From the human T2T-CHM13v2.0 reference genome, Homo sapiens, in the NCBI RefSeq assembly GCF_009914755.1, contig NC_060927.1: a stretch of 64,000 bases of DNA; one strand, given 5' to 3'. The position numbers and the translations under genes were made by a program. Each line of letters begins with the position of its first letter. Position 1 is the stretch's first letter. A model generated the notes under the pieces. It had not been told where the DNA came from. It searched no databases and worked only from the letters and a program-made list of their open reading frames with translations. Below, piece after piece: positions 1-14,680 of the stretch.

Positions 1-283
1 CAAATCTGCAAATCTTATTGACATTGAAAGGATAACAATAGGATATTATAAATAATTTTTGAATAATAACTATAATAACTTAGATAAAATAAAAATATCT
101 TAGAATATATTACTTACCAATACTGGTACAAGAAAAAAATCAGGAAACCTGAGTAGATCTATACATATCAAAGAGATTTAATCTATATTTAATAACATTC
201 CCACGAAAAACTCCATTTTCAGATAGCTTCACTTGTGAATTCTATCAAATGTAAGAAAATGTAATGACTACCTTAACTAACTC
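1..283 (+). mobile_element. Old L1M ORF2 fragment (5' part of an element split by the L1PA8 insertion)
   Basis: A-rich decayed ORF2-like sequence (agatagcttcacttgtgaattctatcaaat) that resumes colinearly after 6682. Confidence 0.7.
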
Positions 284-1634
284 AAAACACAAAGCAGTCA
301 GATCTGGCAAGATGGCTAAATAGGAAAAGCTCTGGTCTGCAGCTCCTAGCGAGACCAATGCAGAAGGTGGTTGATTTCTGCATTTCCAACTAAGGTACCC
401 GGCTCATCTCATTGGGACTGGTTAGATAGTGGGTGCAGCCCACAGAGGGCGAGCAGAAGCAGGGTGGGGCATCACCACACCCAGGAAGTGCAAGAAGTGG
501 GGGCCTCCCTTTCCCAGCCAAGGGAAGCCATGAGGGACTATGCTATCCAGCCCAGATACTACGCTTTTCCCATGGTTTTTGCAACCCACAGACCAGGAGA
601 TTCTCTTGTGTACCTACACCACCAGGGCTCTGGGTTTCAAGCACAAATCTGGGCAGCTGCTTGGACAAACATCAAGCTAGCTGCAGGATTTTTTTTTCCC
701 CCCCGGTGACTCCTGGAACCCCAGCAAGACAGAACTGTTCACTCCCCTGGAAAGGGGGCTGAAGCTGGAAAGCCAAATGGTCTTGCTCAGCAGGTCCCAC
801 TCCCATGGAGCCCTGCAAGCTAAGAACCACTGGCTTGAAATTCTTGCTGCCAGCACAGCAGTCTGAAGTTGACCTGGGATGATCGAGCTAGTTAGGGTAG
901 GTGCATCCACCATTACTGAGTCTTGAGTAGGCAGTTTTCCCCTGACTGCTAAAAAGGCCTGGAAGTTCAGACTGCGTGGAACCCAACACAGTGTGGCAAA
1001 GCAACTGTGGCCAGAGTGCCTCTCTAGATTCCTCTTCACTGGGCAGGGCATCTCTGAAAGAAAGGCAGCAGCCCCAGTCAGGGGCTTATAAATAAAACTC
1101 CCATCTCCCTGGGACAGAGCCCTGAGGAAAGGGGCAGCTGTGGGATCAGCTTCAGCACACTTAAACTTTCCTGCCTGCCGGCTTTGAAGAGAGCAGTGTA
1201 TCCTGACAAAGAGGGTTCTCCCAGCACAGCGCTCAAGCTCTGCTAAGGGACAGACTGCCTCCTCAAATGGGTTCCTGACCCCCATGCCTCCTGACTGGGA
1301 GAGATGTCCCAACAGGGGTTGACAGACACCTCATATAGGAGAGCTCCAGCTGGAATTAGGCTGGTGCCCCTCTGGGATGAAGCTTCCAGAGGAAGGAGCA
1401 GGCAGCAATCTTTGCTGTTCTGCAGCCTCCGCTGGTGATACTCAGACAAATAGGGTCTGGAGTGGACCTCCAGCAAATTCCAGCAGACCTGCAGAAGAGG
1501 AGCCTGACTGTTAGAAGAAAAACTAACAAACAGAAAGCAATAACATCAACATCAACAAACCAAGGACCCCCCTCCAAGAAACCCCATCCAAAGATCATCA
1601 GCCTCAAAAATCAAAGGTAGATAAATCCAAAAAG

Positions 1635-2650
1635 ATGAGGAAAAACCAGTGCAAAAATGCTGAAAATTCCAAAAACCAAAATGCCTCTTCTCCAAATGAC
1701 TGCAACTCCTCTCCCGCAAGGGCACAAAACTGGACAGAGAATGAGTTTGATGAATTGACAGAAGTAGGCTTCAGCAGGTGGGTAATAACAAACTCCTCTG
1801 AGGTAAAGGAGCATGTTCTAACCCAATGGAAGGAAGCTAAAACCTTGACAAAGAGTACAGGAACTGCTAACTAGAATAACCAGTTTAGAGAAGAACATAA
1901 ATGACCTGATGGAGCTGAAAAACATAGCACAAGAACTTCGTGTAGCATACACAAGTATCATAGCCAAATCAATCAAGTGGAAGAAAGGATATCAGAGACT
2001 GAAGATCAACTTAATGAAATAGACATGAAAACAAGATTAGACAAAGAAGAATGAAAAAGAATGAACAAAGCCTGCAAGAAATATGGGACTATGTGAAAAG
2101 ACCAAACCTGTGATTGATTGGTATCCCTGAAAATGATGGGGAGAATAGAACCAAGTTGGAAAACACACTTCAGGCTATTATCCTGGAGGATTTCCCAAGC
2201 TAGCAAGACAGGCCAACATTCAAATTCAGGAAATTCAAAGAACACCATTAAGATACTTCTCAAGAAGAGCAACCCCAGGACACATAGTCGCCAGATTCTC
2301 CGAGGTTGAAATGAAGGAAAAAATGTTAAGGGCAGTCAGAGAAAGGTTGGGTTACCTACAAAGGGAAGCCCATCAGACTAACAACAGATCTCTCTGCAGA
2401 AACCCTACAAACCAGAAGAGATTGGGACCCACTATTCAACATTCTCAAAGAAAAGAATTTTCAACCCAAAATATCATATCCAGCCACAGTAAGTTTCATA
2501 ACTGAAGGAGAAATAGAATCCTTTTTAAACAAGCAAAAGTTGAGAGATTTTGTCACCACCAGGCCTACCCTACAAGAGGTCTTGGAGGAAGCACTAAATA
2601 TGGAAAGGAAAAACCAGTACCAGCCACTGCAAAGACACACCAAAATATAA
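1635..2650 (+). pseudogene. L1 ORF1p remnant (frameshifted)
   Basis: MRKNQCKNAENSKNQNASSP...ENEFDELTEVGF; broken into several frames. Confidence 0.88.
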
Positions 2651-2713
2651 AGACCAATGACACTATGAAGAAACTGCATCAACTAATGTGCAAAATAACC
2701 AGCTAGCATCATG

Positions 2714-5700
2714 ATGACAGGATCAAATTCACACATAACAATATTAACCTTAAATATAAATGGGCTAAATACCCCAATTAAAAGACATAGACTAGCAAGT
2801 TGGATAAAAAGTCAAGACCTATCAGTGTGTTGTATTCAGGAGACCCATCTCACATGCAAAGACACACATAGGCTCAAAATAAAGAGATGGAGGAATATTT
2901 GCCAAGATAATGGAAGGTAAAAAAAGGCAGGAGTTGCAATCCTAGTCTCTGATAAAATAGACTTTAAACAAACAAAGATCAAAAAAGACAAGGGCATTAC
3001 ATAATAGTAAAGGGATCAATGCAACAAGAGAAGCTAACTATCCTAAATATACATGCACCCAATACAGGAGCACCCAGATTCATAAAACAAGTTCCTGGAG
3101 ACCTACAAAGATACTTAGACCATAACATCACTGTCAATATTAGACAGATCAATGAGACCAAAAATTAACAAGGATATTCAGGACTTGAACTCAGCTCTGG
3201 GCCAAGCAGACCTAATAGATATCTACAGAACTCTTGACCCCACATCAACAGAATATACATTTTTCTAAGCACCATATAGCACTTACTCAAAAATTGACCA
3301 CATAATTGGAAGTAAAACACTCCTCAGCAAGTGCAAAAGAATGGAAATAATAATAAACAGTCTCTCAGACCACTGTGCAATCAAATTAGAACTCAGGATT
3401 AAGAAACTCACTGAAAACCACAGAACTACATGGAAACTGAACAACCAGCTCCTGAATGACTACTGGGTAAATAATTAAATTAAGGCAGAGATAGCGAAGT
3501 TCTTTGAAGCCAATGATAACAAAGCAACAGCATACCAGAATCTCTGGGACACAGATAAAGCAGTGTTTAGAGGGAAATTAATAGCACTAAATGCCCACAT
3601 CAGAAAGTGGGAAAGATATAAAATCGACACCCTAACATCACAATTAAAAGAACTGGAGAAGCAAGAGCAAACAAATTCAAAAGCTAACAGAAGACATGAA
3701 ATAACTAAGATCAGAGCAGAACTCAAGGAGATAGAGACATGAAAAACTCTGCAAAACATCAATGAATCCAGGAGCTGGTTTTTTGAAGAGATTAACAAAA
3801 TACATAGACCACTAGCTAGACTAATAAAGAAGAAAAGAAAGAATCAAATAGATACAATAAAAAATGATAAAGGGGATATCACCACTGATCCCACAGAAAT
3901 ACAAACTACCATCAGAAAATACTATAAACACCTCTATGCAAATCAACTAGAAAATCTAGAACAAATGAATAAATTCCTGGACACATACACCCTCCCAAGA
4001 CCAGAAAGATATCGAATCTCTGAGTAGACCAATAACAATTTCTGAAATTGAGGCAGTAATTAGTAGCTTACCCACCAAAAAAAGCCTGGGACCAGACGGA
4101 TTTACAGCCAGATTCAACTCAAGATGGATTAAAGACTTAAACAAATTCTACCTCTGTCCAGCATCATTCTGATTCCAAAACCTGGCAGAGAGACAACAAC
4201 AATAAATTTCAGGCCAATGTCTGTAATAAACATTGATGCGAAAATCCTCAATAAAATACTGGCAAACCGAACCCAGCAGCACATCAAAAAGCTTATTCAC
4301 CATGATCAAGTTAGCTTCAGCCCTGGGATGCAAGGCTGGTTCAACATACACAAATCCATAAACGTAATCTATTACATAAACAGAATCAATGACAAAAACC
4401 ACATGATTATCTCAATAGACGCAGAAAAGCCCTCCAGTAAAATTCAACATTTCTTAATGTTAAAAACTCTCAAGAAACTAGGATTGATGGAACATATCTC
4501 AAAATAGTAAGCGCTATTTACGACAAATTCATAGCCAATATCATACTGAATGGGCAAAAGCTGGAAGCATTCCCTTTGAAAACCAGCACACGACACGATG
4601 CCCTCTCACTACTCCTATTAAACATAGTGTTGGAAGTTCTGGCCAAAGCAATCAGGCAAGAGAAAGAAATAAAGGGTGTTCAAATAGAAATAGAGAAGTC
4701 AAATTGTCTCTGTTTGCAGATGACATAATTGTATATTTAGAAAACCCCATTGTCTCAGCCCAAAAACTCCTTAAGCTGATAAACAACTTTGGCAAAGTCT
4801 CAGGATACAAAATCAATGTGCAAAAATCACAAGCATTCCTATACACCAATAACAGACAAGCAGAGAGCCAAATCATGAATGGACTTCTATTCACAATTGC
4901 TACAAAGAAAATAAAATACCTAGGAATACAACTTACAAAAGATGTGAAGGACCTCTTCAAGGAGAACTACAAACCACTGCTCAAGGAAATAAGAGAGGAC
5001 ACAAACAAATGGAAAAATATTCGTTGCTCAGGGATAGGAAGAATCAATATCATGAAAATGGCCATACTGCCAAAAGTAATTACAGATTCAATGCTATTCC
5101 CATCAAGCTACCACTGACTTTCTTCACAGAAATAGAAAAAACTACTTTAAATTTCATATGGAATGAAAAAGAGCCCATATGGCCAGGACAATCCTAGGCA
5201 AAAGCAACAAAGCTGGAAGCATTACACTACCTGACTTCAAACTATACTACAAGGCTACAGTAACCAAAACGGCATGGTACTGGTACCAAAACAGATATGT
5301 ATATATAGACCAATGGAACAGAACAGAGGCCTCAGAAATAACACCACACATCTACAACCATCTGATCTTTGACAAACCTGACAAAAACAAGCTGTGGGTA
5401 AAAGATTCCCTATTTAATAAATGGTGTTGGGAAAACTGGCTAGCCATATGCAGAAAACTGAAGCTGGACCCCTTCTTTACATCTTATACAAAAATTAACT
5501 TAAGGTGGATTAAAGACTTAAACGTAAGACCTAAAACCATAAAAAACCCTAGAAGAAAACCTAGGCAGTACCATTTAGGACATAGGCATGGGCAAAGACT
5601 TTATGACTAAAACACCAAAAGCAATTTTAACAAAAGCCAAAATTAACAAATGGGATCTAATTAAACTAAAGAGCTTCTGCTCAGCAAAAGAAACTATCAT

Positions 5701-6444
5701 CAGAGTGATCAGGCAACCTACAGAATGGAGAAAATGTTTGGAATCTATCCATCTGACAAAGGTCTGATATTCAGAATCTACAAGGAACTTAAACCAATTT
5801 ACAAGAAAAAAACAAACAACCCCATCAAAAAGCGGGTGAAGGATATGAACGGACACTTCACAAAAGAAGATATTTATGTGGCCAACAAACATGAAAAAAA
5901 ACTGATTATCACTGGTCATTAGAGAAATGCAATTCAAAACCACAATGGGACACTGTCTTACTCCAGTTAGAATGGCGATCATTAAAAAGTCAAGAAACAA
6001 CAGATGTTGGTGTGGATTTGAGAAATAAGAATGCTTTTACACTGTTGGTAGGAGTGTAAATTAGCTCAACCATTGTGGCAGACAGTGTGGCCATTCCTCA
6101 AGGATATAGAACCAGAAATACCATTTGACCCACCAATCCCATTACTGGGTATATACCCAAAGGATAATAAATCATTCTACTATAAAGACACATGCATACA
6201 TATTTTTATTGCAGCACTATTTACAATAGCAAAGATTTGGAACCAACCCAAATGCCCATCAATGATAGACTGGATAAAGAAAATATGGCACATCTACACC
6301 ATGGAATACTATGCAGCCATAAAAAAGGATGGGTTTATGTCCTTTGCAGGGACATGGATGAAACTGGAAACCATCATCCTCGGCAAACGAACACAGGAAC
6401 AGACAACCAAACATCACATGTTCTCACTCATAAGTGGGAACTGA
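2714..6444 (+). pseudogene. L1 ORF2p remnant (endonuclease/reverse transcriptase), disrupted
   Basis: MTGSNSHITILTLNINGLN (EN start), [11 protein letters not shown] (RT), HMFSLISGN (C-terminus); many stops and frameshifts. Confidence 0.92.
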
Positions 6445-7033
6445 ACAATGAGAACACATGGATACAGGGAGAGGAGCATCATACACTGGGGCCTGTTATG
6501 AGGTCGGGGCCAAGGAGTGGGAGAGCATTAGGACAAATGCTTAATGCATGTGGAGCTTAAAACCTAAATGACAGGTTGATGGTTGCAGCAAACCACCACG
6601 GCACACGTATACTGATGTAACAAATGTTCACATTCAGCACATGTATTCCAGAGCTTAAAGTAAAATAAAAAATAAAAAGCAGAATGTGAAAAAAAGCAAA
6701 GAAGTCAAAATTTTTCAGCTAAGTTAATGAGGTCAATGTAACCCTCATACCAAAATAATTGAAAAAACATTATGAAAAAATATATTACAGATTAATATTT
6801 TTCATGAGCATAGAGATAAAAAATTTTTATCAAAATGTTAGCTAGTCAAATCCTACCATATATAAAAAGCATAATACATCATGACTAAGTGGATTTACAC
6901 TAGGAATGTAAGAATCATTTAATATTTTTAAATGATTTAATATATTTCTTCATGTTAACAAAATAAGGGAGTAAAGTCTTGATCATCTCAATAAACAACA
7001 CTGGCAAAATTCACGGCCTATTTAAGATTAACA

Positions 7034-7068
<35 letters not shown>
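7034..7068. repeat. (TAAA)n microsatellite
   Basis: Direct reading of about 8 units. Confidence 0.9.
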
Positions 7069-7069
<1 letters not shown>

Positions 7070-7772
7070 CTCAGCAAACTAAGAATAGAAGGCAACTTCT
7101 TCAACTTAATGAAGAATATTTTTGAAAAAACCTAAAAGTAGCATCATGTTAATATGAAAGACTTGATTACCATAAGATCCGGATAAGGAGAGCATATCTT
7201 CTCCTACCAATTTTATTAAACATTTGTAATCAGGATCTTCTCTAGTGCAATAAGGCAAAAAAAAAAAAAAAAAGTAAAAGTTTTGCACATTGGAAAGGAG
7301 AAAGTAAAATGTCAGATAACATAATCTGTGTTCATAACAATTCAAAGAAATCTACAAAAAAGCTACTAGAACAAATGAGTTTAATGATGCTGCAGGATAC
7401 AAATCAATATTTGAAAATCAATTGTAGTTTTACATTTCATCTATAAAACCATGTCATTTACAATTGCATAAAAACTATTTTGTGATACATTTAACAAAGT
7501 ATATGCAAATCCATGATTTTAAAAGTATAGTACTTTGCTAAAGAAAGTGAAATGTTTTATAAATTAAATAAAGATTAACTAAGTAGGGAGATATACCATC
7601 TCCATTAATTGGAAGATTCAATATTTTTAAGACATAAATGATCCCCAAATTGTTCTACAGATTCCATGCCATTGCAATCAAGATTGCAGCAGCTTTTTCC
7701 TTCTTTTTTATTTTGGTAGAAATGGACTGATTTTAAAACTTATATACCCTGAAAACAGCCAGAATAATCTTT

Positions 7773-7964
7773 TTTTTAATTTTTTTTTTTTTTTTTTTTG
7801 AGACGGAGTCTCGCTCTGTCGCCCGCTAATTTTTTTTTTTTATTTTTAGTAGAGACGGGGTTTCACCGTGTTAGCCAGGATGGTCTCGATCTCTTGACCT
7901 CATGATCCACCCGCCTCGGCCTCCCAAAGTGCTGGGATTACAGGTGTGAACCACCGTGCCTGGC
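7773..7964 (-). mobile_element. AluY-like with internal deletion of most of the right arm
   Basis: poly-T, gagacggagtctcgctctgtcgccc joined directly to gctaatttt; gtgttagccaggatggtctcgatctc; TSD cagaataatcttt/caaaataatcttt. Confidence 0.9.
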
Positions 7965-8591
7965 ACAAAATAATCTTTAAAAGATTTACAGTACCACATT
8001 TACACTATCTCAAGTCTTGCTATAAAGCTACAGTAAGAATACTTACAATGTCTTCATTTGTAATAGCCCAGAATAAGAAATAACTCATACATCCATCAAC
8101 AGAAGAATGAGTAAACAAACAGCAGTATATTCATATAATGGAATATTACTCAACAATAAAAAGAACTGATATAGGCAAAACCAAGAATAATCTCAAAGGC
8201 ATAGTGCTGAGCAAAAAAAAAAAAAAAAAAAGCAAGCTATAAAGAGTGCATACTGTATAATTCTACTGATATGAAGTTCTAGAGTACATAAAATATAGAA
8301 TAGTATAAATCAGAGCAGTGGTTGCCTCTGGCAAGTGTGGGGGTGGGGATTGACTGAGATAAGGCGGGAGGGAAATTTCTGGGGTGATGGAAAAGTTTAT
8401 ATCTTGTTAGGAATGTGGTATTTACACAGGTATATGCATCTGTCAACATCATCAAACTGTATACTGTATGTAAATTATATTTCAATAAATAATCCATTTT
8501 TAATTTGAATAAATAGATACTACTCTGTATTTTTGTGTGTTTTTAAAACAAATATTGCTTTGCTTTTAAGTACACGCATTTAAAAAATAGG

Positions 8592-8885
8592 CTAATCCCA
8601 GAACTTTGGGAGGCCTAGGCGGGTGGATCACGATGTCAGGAGTTCAAGAACAGCCTGGCCAAGATGGTGAAACCCCGTCTCTATTAAAAATACAAAAATT
8701 AGCTGGGCATGGTGGCAGGTGCCTGTAATCCCAGTTACTCAGTAGGCTGAGGCAGGAGAATTGCTTGAACCCAGGCGGCAGAGGTTGCGGTGAGCCGAGA
8801 TCTCACCATTGCACTCCAGCCTGGGCAATAGAGTGAGATTCCATCTCAAAACAAAAAACAGAAAACAAAAACAAACAAAGAAACA
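8592..8885 (+). mobile_element. AluS (Sg-like), slightly 5'-truncated
   Basis: taatcccagaactttgggagg through gcactccagcctgggc, then A-rich tail. Confidence 0.9.
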
Positions 8886-9493
8886 AATATACAGGCTAGT
8901 ACCTAGATGTCTTGTAGGTATTCAAGGCACATAAGCTGTGTGTCTATATTTTAGCAAAACTGGGTTCACAGTACATAATTGCAAAGTAAATCCTTGTTGA
9001 TTGATAAAAAATTTAAAAATTGTCTTTTGCATTATGTAGAATTTTATTAGAAATGTGGGTTAGTGAGGGAGGATGGGTTGGAGTAGCAGTTTTAAACATG
9101 TTAGCAAGACCTTCACAAATCCCAAGAAATAAAAGTAGAGCAGGAAGATGCGGTCTTTTTACCAGGTGACAGTCATAATATTTGTAAAATAGGGTCATAT
9201 CTTAACCATGTTGAATTTTTCTGTGTTTAATAACACCTAGCAGAAAGTTTAGTGTATATTTGAGGAATTAAAATAACCAATTTTCTATGGCAAACCCCAT
9301 TTAGCAAGATCAAATTTTATACTTTAACTATTTTTTCAAATGTTCTTTTTTGTGTCCCAAAACAAGTTATTCAAAACATAAATTGACCCCCAAAAGGAAT
9401 ACATGAGTTTGAAGTAGGGAGATTCAAATTACATATTGCTAAGAAATACTTTCAGATAACTTGGTTTCTCAACTCAAGGAATATGCTTCTAGC

Positions 9494-9611
9494 TTTTCTT
9501 CTTCTTCTCCTTCTTCTCCTTGTTCCCCTTCTTTTTCTTCTCTTTCTCCTTCTTCTCCTTCTTCTGCTTCTGTTTCTGCTTCTGCTTCTCTTCTTCTTCT
9601 TTTTTTTTTTT
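9494..9611. repeat. Polypyrimidine (CTT/CTTCTC)n low-complexity tract
   Basis: About 120 bp of almost pure C/T. Confidence 0.9.
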
Positions 9612-9705
9612 GAAATCTTGAAGGAATTAGTACCTATTTCCATGGAATTAGCCCAATTTTCTTCCTCTTCCTGGTATTGAGTATGCTATGTTAAAATAAA
9701 GAGGA

Positions 9706-10013
<308 letters not shown>

Positions 10014-11307
10014 GAAGAGGAAAGAGATCTCAGGCATGGATACACAGGTTCATGTTGGGAATGGCTAAAAGTAACACTGGTTAGCAGGTTTGAAGTTACT
10101 TCCAATTCTCTTTCTCATTCATTCAAAATGTTCATTGGGGAATGGTATAACAAGACAATGTGCTCAGTGCTAGTCATAAAAATGAACAAAGGAAAGTTAG
10201 TACCCTCTAAGAGATCCACAGGCCAGTGGAAAAGACAAAATGAATAACTGAATACATAACTGAATATATGATTATAAGCATACTCCATTCTATTATTGTT
10301 TATAAATTAATTTCTGTATTAATCATTATAACCATATACAGGGCATCTGTCTGGTGTTTTACAGATGTTGTTCTATTTGTACCTTCAAAGTAGGTGTTAT
10401 CCTAATTTCAGAGCAGTGGAAACCAAGGCTTAGAGAGGATATACCACAGACATGTCTAGGATGTAGTTAAGATTTGAACTCATTCTGTCTGACTTTCTAG
10501 TCCTCAGTCTTTCAACCAGAGCCCTCTACCATCTAAGACGGACTTTAGCCAAACTTTTCAGCCTGCAGTATGAATGCATAACTTTGTAACCATGCCCAGG
10601 GTAAAAAACTTCAAAGGAGCTTGAAACTGATTTTCCCTTGTTTTGGTAATTTGTATTTTATTCTTTCTTAAACTCGGATAAATAAATAATCACCAAACAC
10701 ACAGAGGAAAAAAATCAGATTTGTTTTGTGTTAGCCATATGTTTCCATTTAAAATATCATGTTGGGAGAGGATGGTGGTTAGGAGCAGCAGGCATGTGGT
10801 GATTTTGCACATAATGGCACATGCTGGGTCTGTGTTCTGACAGGAAGTTTCAGCTTCTCTTTGAAGCTGTGCTTTCTACTTAGTGGAGTCATGCAAAGGC
10901 TTTCTTTGTCCCAACTTCAATTCTATAGCAACCAGAGTAGATGATTGGCCTGGGCACTAAGAGCCTCGTGCACAATTTAGTGTTGTAAACGTGTTGGCTC
11001 TCTGCTATGCTGAAGAGACTGAGCTAGCTGCTGGGAGGGCTACAGTTCCTTGGTCCCTTGCTATCCTGTAGCTTGCTTTCTGGTGGGGGAAAGCCTCCTA
11101 TGACGAGGGATATATTAAGACTAAGAGAAGTCAGAGCATAATGCTCTAAGAGCGTGACCTCCAGTAATCTCAAAGGAGTACTAATTGTCAAGGGGAAGCT
11201 CACTTTCAGGCAGAAGCATGAAGAAAGGAAAGCAAAATTTATTGACTGTACTATGCAATATTGCTTACTCCTCAACACAACAATGTGAGGGATGTGCACT
11301 TCTTGTA

Positions 11308-11605
11308 TTTTTTTTTTTTTTTTTTTGAGATGGAGTCTCACTCTGTCACCCAGGCTGGACTGCAGTGACACGATCTCTGCCCACTGCCACCACTGCCTCC
11401 CAGGTTCAAGCAATTCTCCTGCCTCAGCCTCCTGAGTAGCTGGGATTACAGCCACCATACCCAACTATTTTTTAAAAATATTTTTAGTAGAGACAGGGTT
11501 TCACCATGTCAGCTAGGCTGGTATCGAACTCCTGACCTCAAGTGATTTGCCTACCTCGACCTCCCAAAGTGCTGGGATTATAGGTGTGAGCCACCATGCC
11601 TAGCC
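11308..11605 (-). mobile_element. AluS
   Basis: Dimeric antisense Alu; cttgtat on both flanks. Confidence 0.92.
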
Positions 11606-11629
11606 TTGTATATTTTTTGTTTAAAAAAT

Positions 11630-12766
<1,137 letters not shown>

Positions 12767-12777
12767 TGTCATTCTTT

Positions 12778-13150
12778 TTTTTACAGAAAAAGAAACTGTG
12801 GTTCTGTGAGTTTAAGTGTTCATGGTTACACAGCTAATGAGAGGGGGAGTCAGAATTCTGATTCACATCTGACTTCAATTCCAGGGCTCATCATTTCTCA
12901 CATCCTCTACTCACCCAATTACTAGCATCTGTATGGAAAATCAGTAAGAGTCTGAGTCCATTTTTACTAAATCAGTAACAGTCTGAGTCCATTTTTATTA
13001 AATCTTCTTATTGTTTTCCTCATAATCCCCATGTGAGGCAGTTGAAGCAGGAGTATGGTCTCTATTTTCTAGAAAAATAAATGGAGATTCAAAAAGGTTG
13101 TTACTTCTTTACTTAACATCACTAGTTAATGGCCAGGTCTAAGACTCAAC
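12778..13150 (-). mobile_element. MIR fragments
   Basis: ttacagaaaaagaaactgtggttc; ctcataatccccatgtgaggc. Confidence 0.5.
12938..13004. repeat. 31-bp tandem duplication
   Basis: aaatcagtaagagtctgagtccatttttact / aaatcagtaacagtctgagtccatttttatt. Confidence 0.9.
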
Positions 13151-13344
13151 CTCCTTTCACTTCAGACCCTTCTCCTGTATGTCAGAGAGCCTTGGACTAG
13201 CCAGTGAAATATGAATGCAGACCAAGGGATTAGTGTTATCGGTGGCACGTTGATGGGAAAGAGCGGTGTTTGCTCCAGGAGTGACAAGGAGTCTCCTTTC
13301 AATGATATCTAGATTATATCCTTTTTAGGCATCTGTGTTTGTGG

Positions 13345-13508
13345 TCTGTGTGTCAGAGCTTCCTGGGAAATGTCTAAAATGTAAATTCCTAGACTTCACT
13401 TAGACCTACAGACTATATGGAAAGAAAACCTGGAATCTGCATTTTAACAAGATACCTAAGATATTCTGATGGAAGTTAGTCTATGAATTGGGATGGAAGA
13501 ACCCTGCT
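13345..13508. mobile_element. MER5-type hAT-Charlie fossil
   Basis: cctggaatctgcattttaacaag...gaaccctg. Confidence 0.5.
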
Positions 13509-13577
13509 TTGAGGAATTTTAAAAAGTTTTGTTTTTTGGTATATAGTAAATGAGTCATAATCAGAATTGTGTCTTCA

Positions 13578-13780
13578 GGCAGTGTGTTATTGTGGAAAGA
13601 ACATGGGCTTTGGCATTAGCTAAACTTAAATTGATTCCTCATTCTGCCATTTATTAGGTGGGTGAACTTGGAGAAGTTATGAGTCTCACTGAATCTCAGC
13701 CAGCTCACGTACATCACAGGTCTGCAATGAGGATTAAATGAGATGATGTATGTTAAGAGCCTGCCCTCAGGCTCTACAAA
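13578..13780 (+). mobile_element. MIR
   Basis: tctgccatttattaggtgggtgaacttggagaagtta...tgaggattaaatgagatgatgtatgt. Confidence 0.7.
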
Positions 13781-14365
13781 TGTGACTTCCTCTCCATTTT
13801 GTTTTCTTCTAGTATTTTTTTCAATAATCTATCTCATCTTCTCCACCCATGATCACTCTGAAAGCAGTTTCTTGGTTTTATTTATCATCTCATTGCTATT
13901 ACTTATGGTCCCTGCTATAGAAAAAAAGGACAGATGCCCAGCAGGGTCAGGTTTTCTTTAACCAGACTGCTGCATGCACAGGCCTTGTTACTCTACTCGT
14001 TCTGTAAGATCCATGGAGGAAGATAAGCAAAGCGCGTTTACCATGTGCCTTCTCAGAGGACATGTACATTTGTTAGTGAATTCTGAGTCATTAACAAAAC
14101 GTTGCCTTAAAATGGTTTGCATTAAAATGAAATTTTACTTGTGTTCCTTAAATGTCTTGGAATGTGCTGGGACTGCTGTAGGCAAGCTTTGGAAGCAGGC
14201 CCTTCTCATTTTCCTGTTACCTTCCATCTCTCTGGGTTCAGTGGGCTTCAGTGTGTTCAGCAGCTACCAGGGCTCACCTAAGCAGCATTTAGGATCTTTC
14301 CTTTCTCTTGTTACAGCTTCAAACCTGACAGCTCCTGTGTGCAACCCCCTTAGCATCCTCTAAGG

Positions 14366-14680
14366 AACACAGTGGCTTACACCTGTAATCCCAGCACATT
14401 GGGAGCCCAAGGCAGGAAGATTGCTTAAGTCCAAGAGTTTGAGACCAGCATGGGCAACATAGCAAGAATCTATCTCTACAAAAAAAAATAAAAAATTAGC
14501 CAAACCTGGTGACATACATCCGTGGTCCTATAGCTACTCAGGAGGCTGAGGTAGGAGGATCACTTGAGCCTGGGAGGTCGAGGCTGCAGTGAGCAATGAT
14601 TGTACAACTGCACTCCAGCCTGGCCGACAGAGCAAGATCCTGTCTCAAAACAAAACAAAACTAACAAAGACAAAAACCAT
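14366..14680 (+). mobile_element. AluJ
   Basis: ggaggatcacttgagcctgggaggtcgaggctgcagtgagc (J diagnostic). Confidence 0.9.

Larger units (their letters stand above)
298..6675 (+). mobile_element. Full-length degenerate LINE-1, L1PA8-like
   Basis: 5'UTR start ggcaagatggctaaataggaa; ORF1 and ORF2 remnants; 3'UTR ggacaaatgcttaatgcatgtggagcttaaaacct (L1PA8 type); A tail; probable TSD aaaacacaaagcag 284-297 / aaaataaaaagcag 6669-6682. Confidence 0.93.
6683..8492 (+). mobile_element. Old L1M (L1MC/MD/ME-like) ORF2 and 3' end, continuing 1-283
   Basis: Decayed ORF2 motifs; 3' end tgtatgtaaattatatttcaataaa; interrupted by an Alu at 7773. Confidence 0.72.

Noticed and set aside
677-1312. 211-aa antisense ORF in the L1PA8 5'UTR
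   Set aside because: Non-ATG start in repeat sequence; the ORF0-equivalent ATG (913) is frameshifted away from the SDCC frame; no evidence of a gene.
298-6675. Potentially active L1
   Set aside because: Both ORFs carry many stops and frameshifts and the 5'UTR CpGs have decayed; the same applies to the L1 at 42714.
9452-9680. Protamine-like poly-R/K ORF and poly-L ORF
   Set aside because: Translations of a simple C/T repeat.
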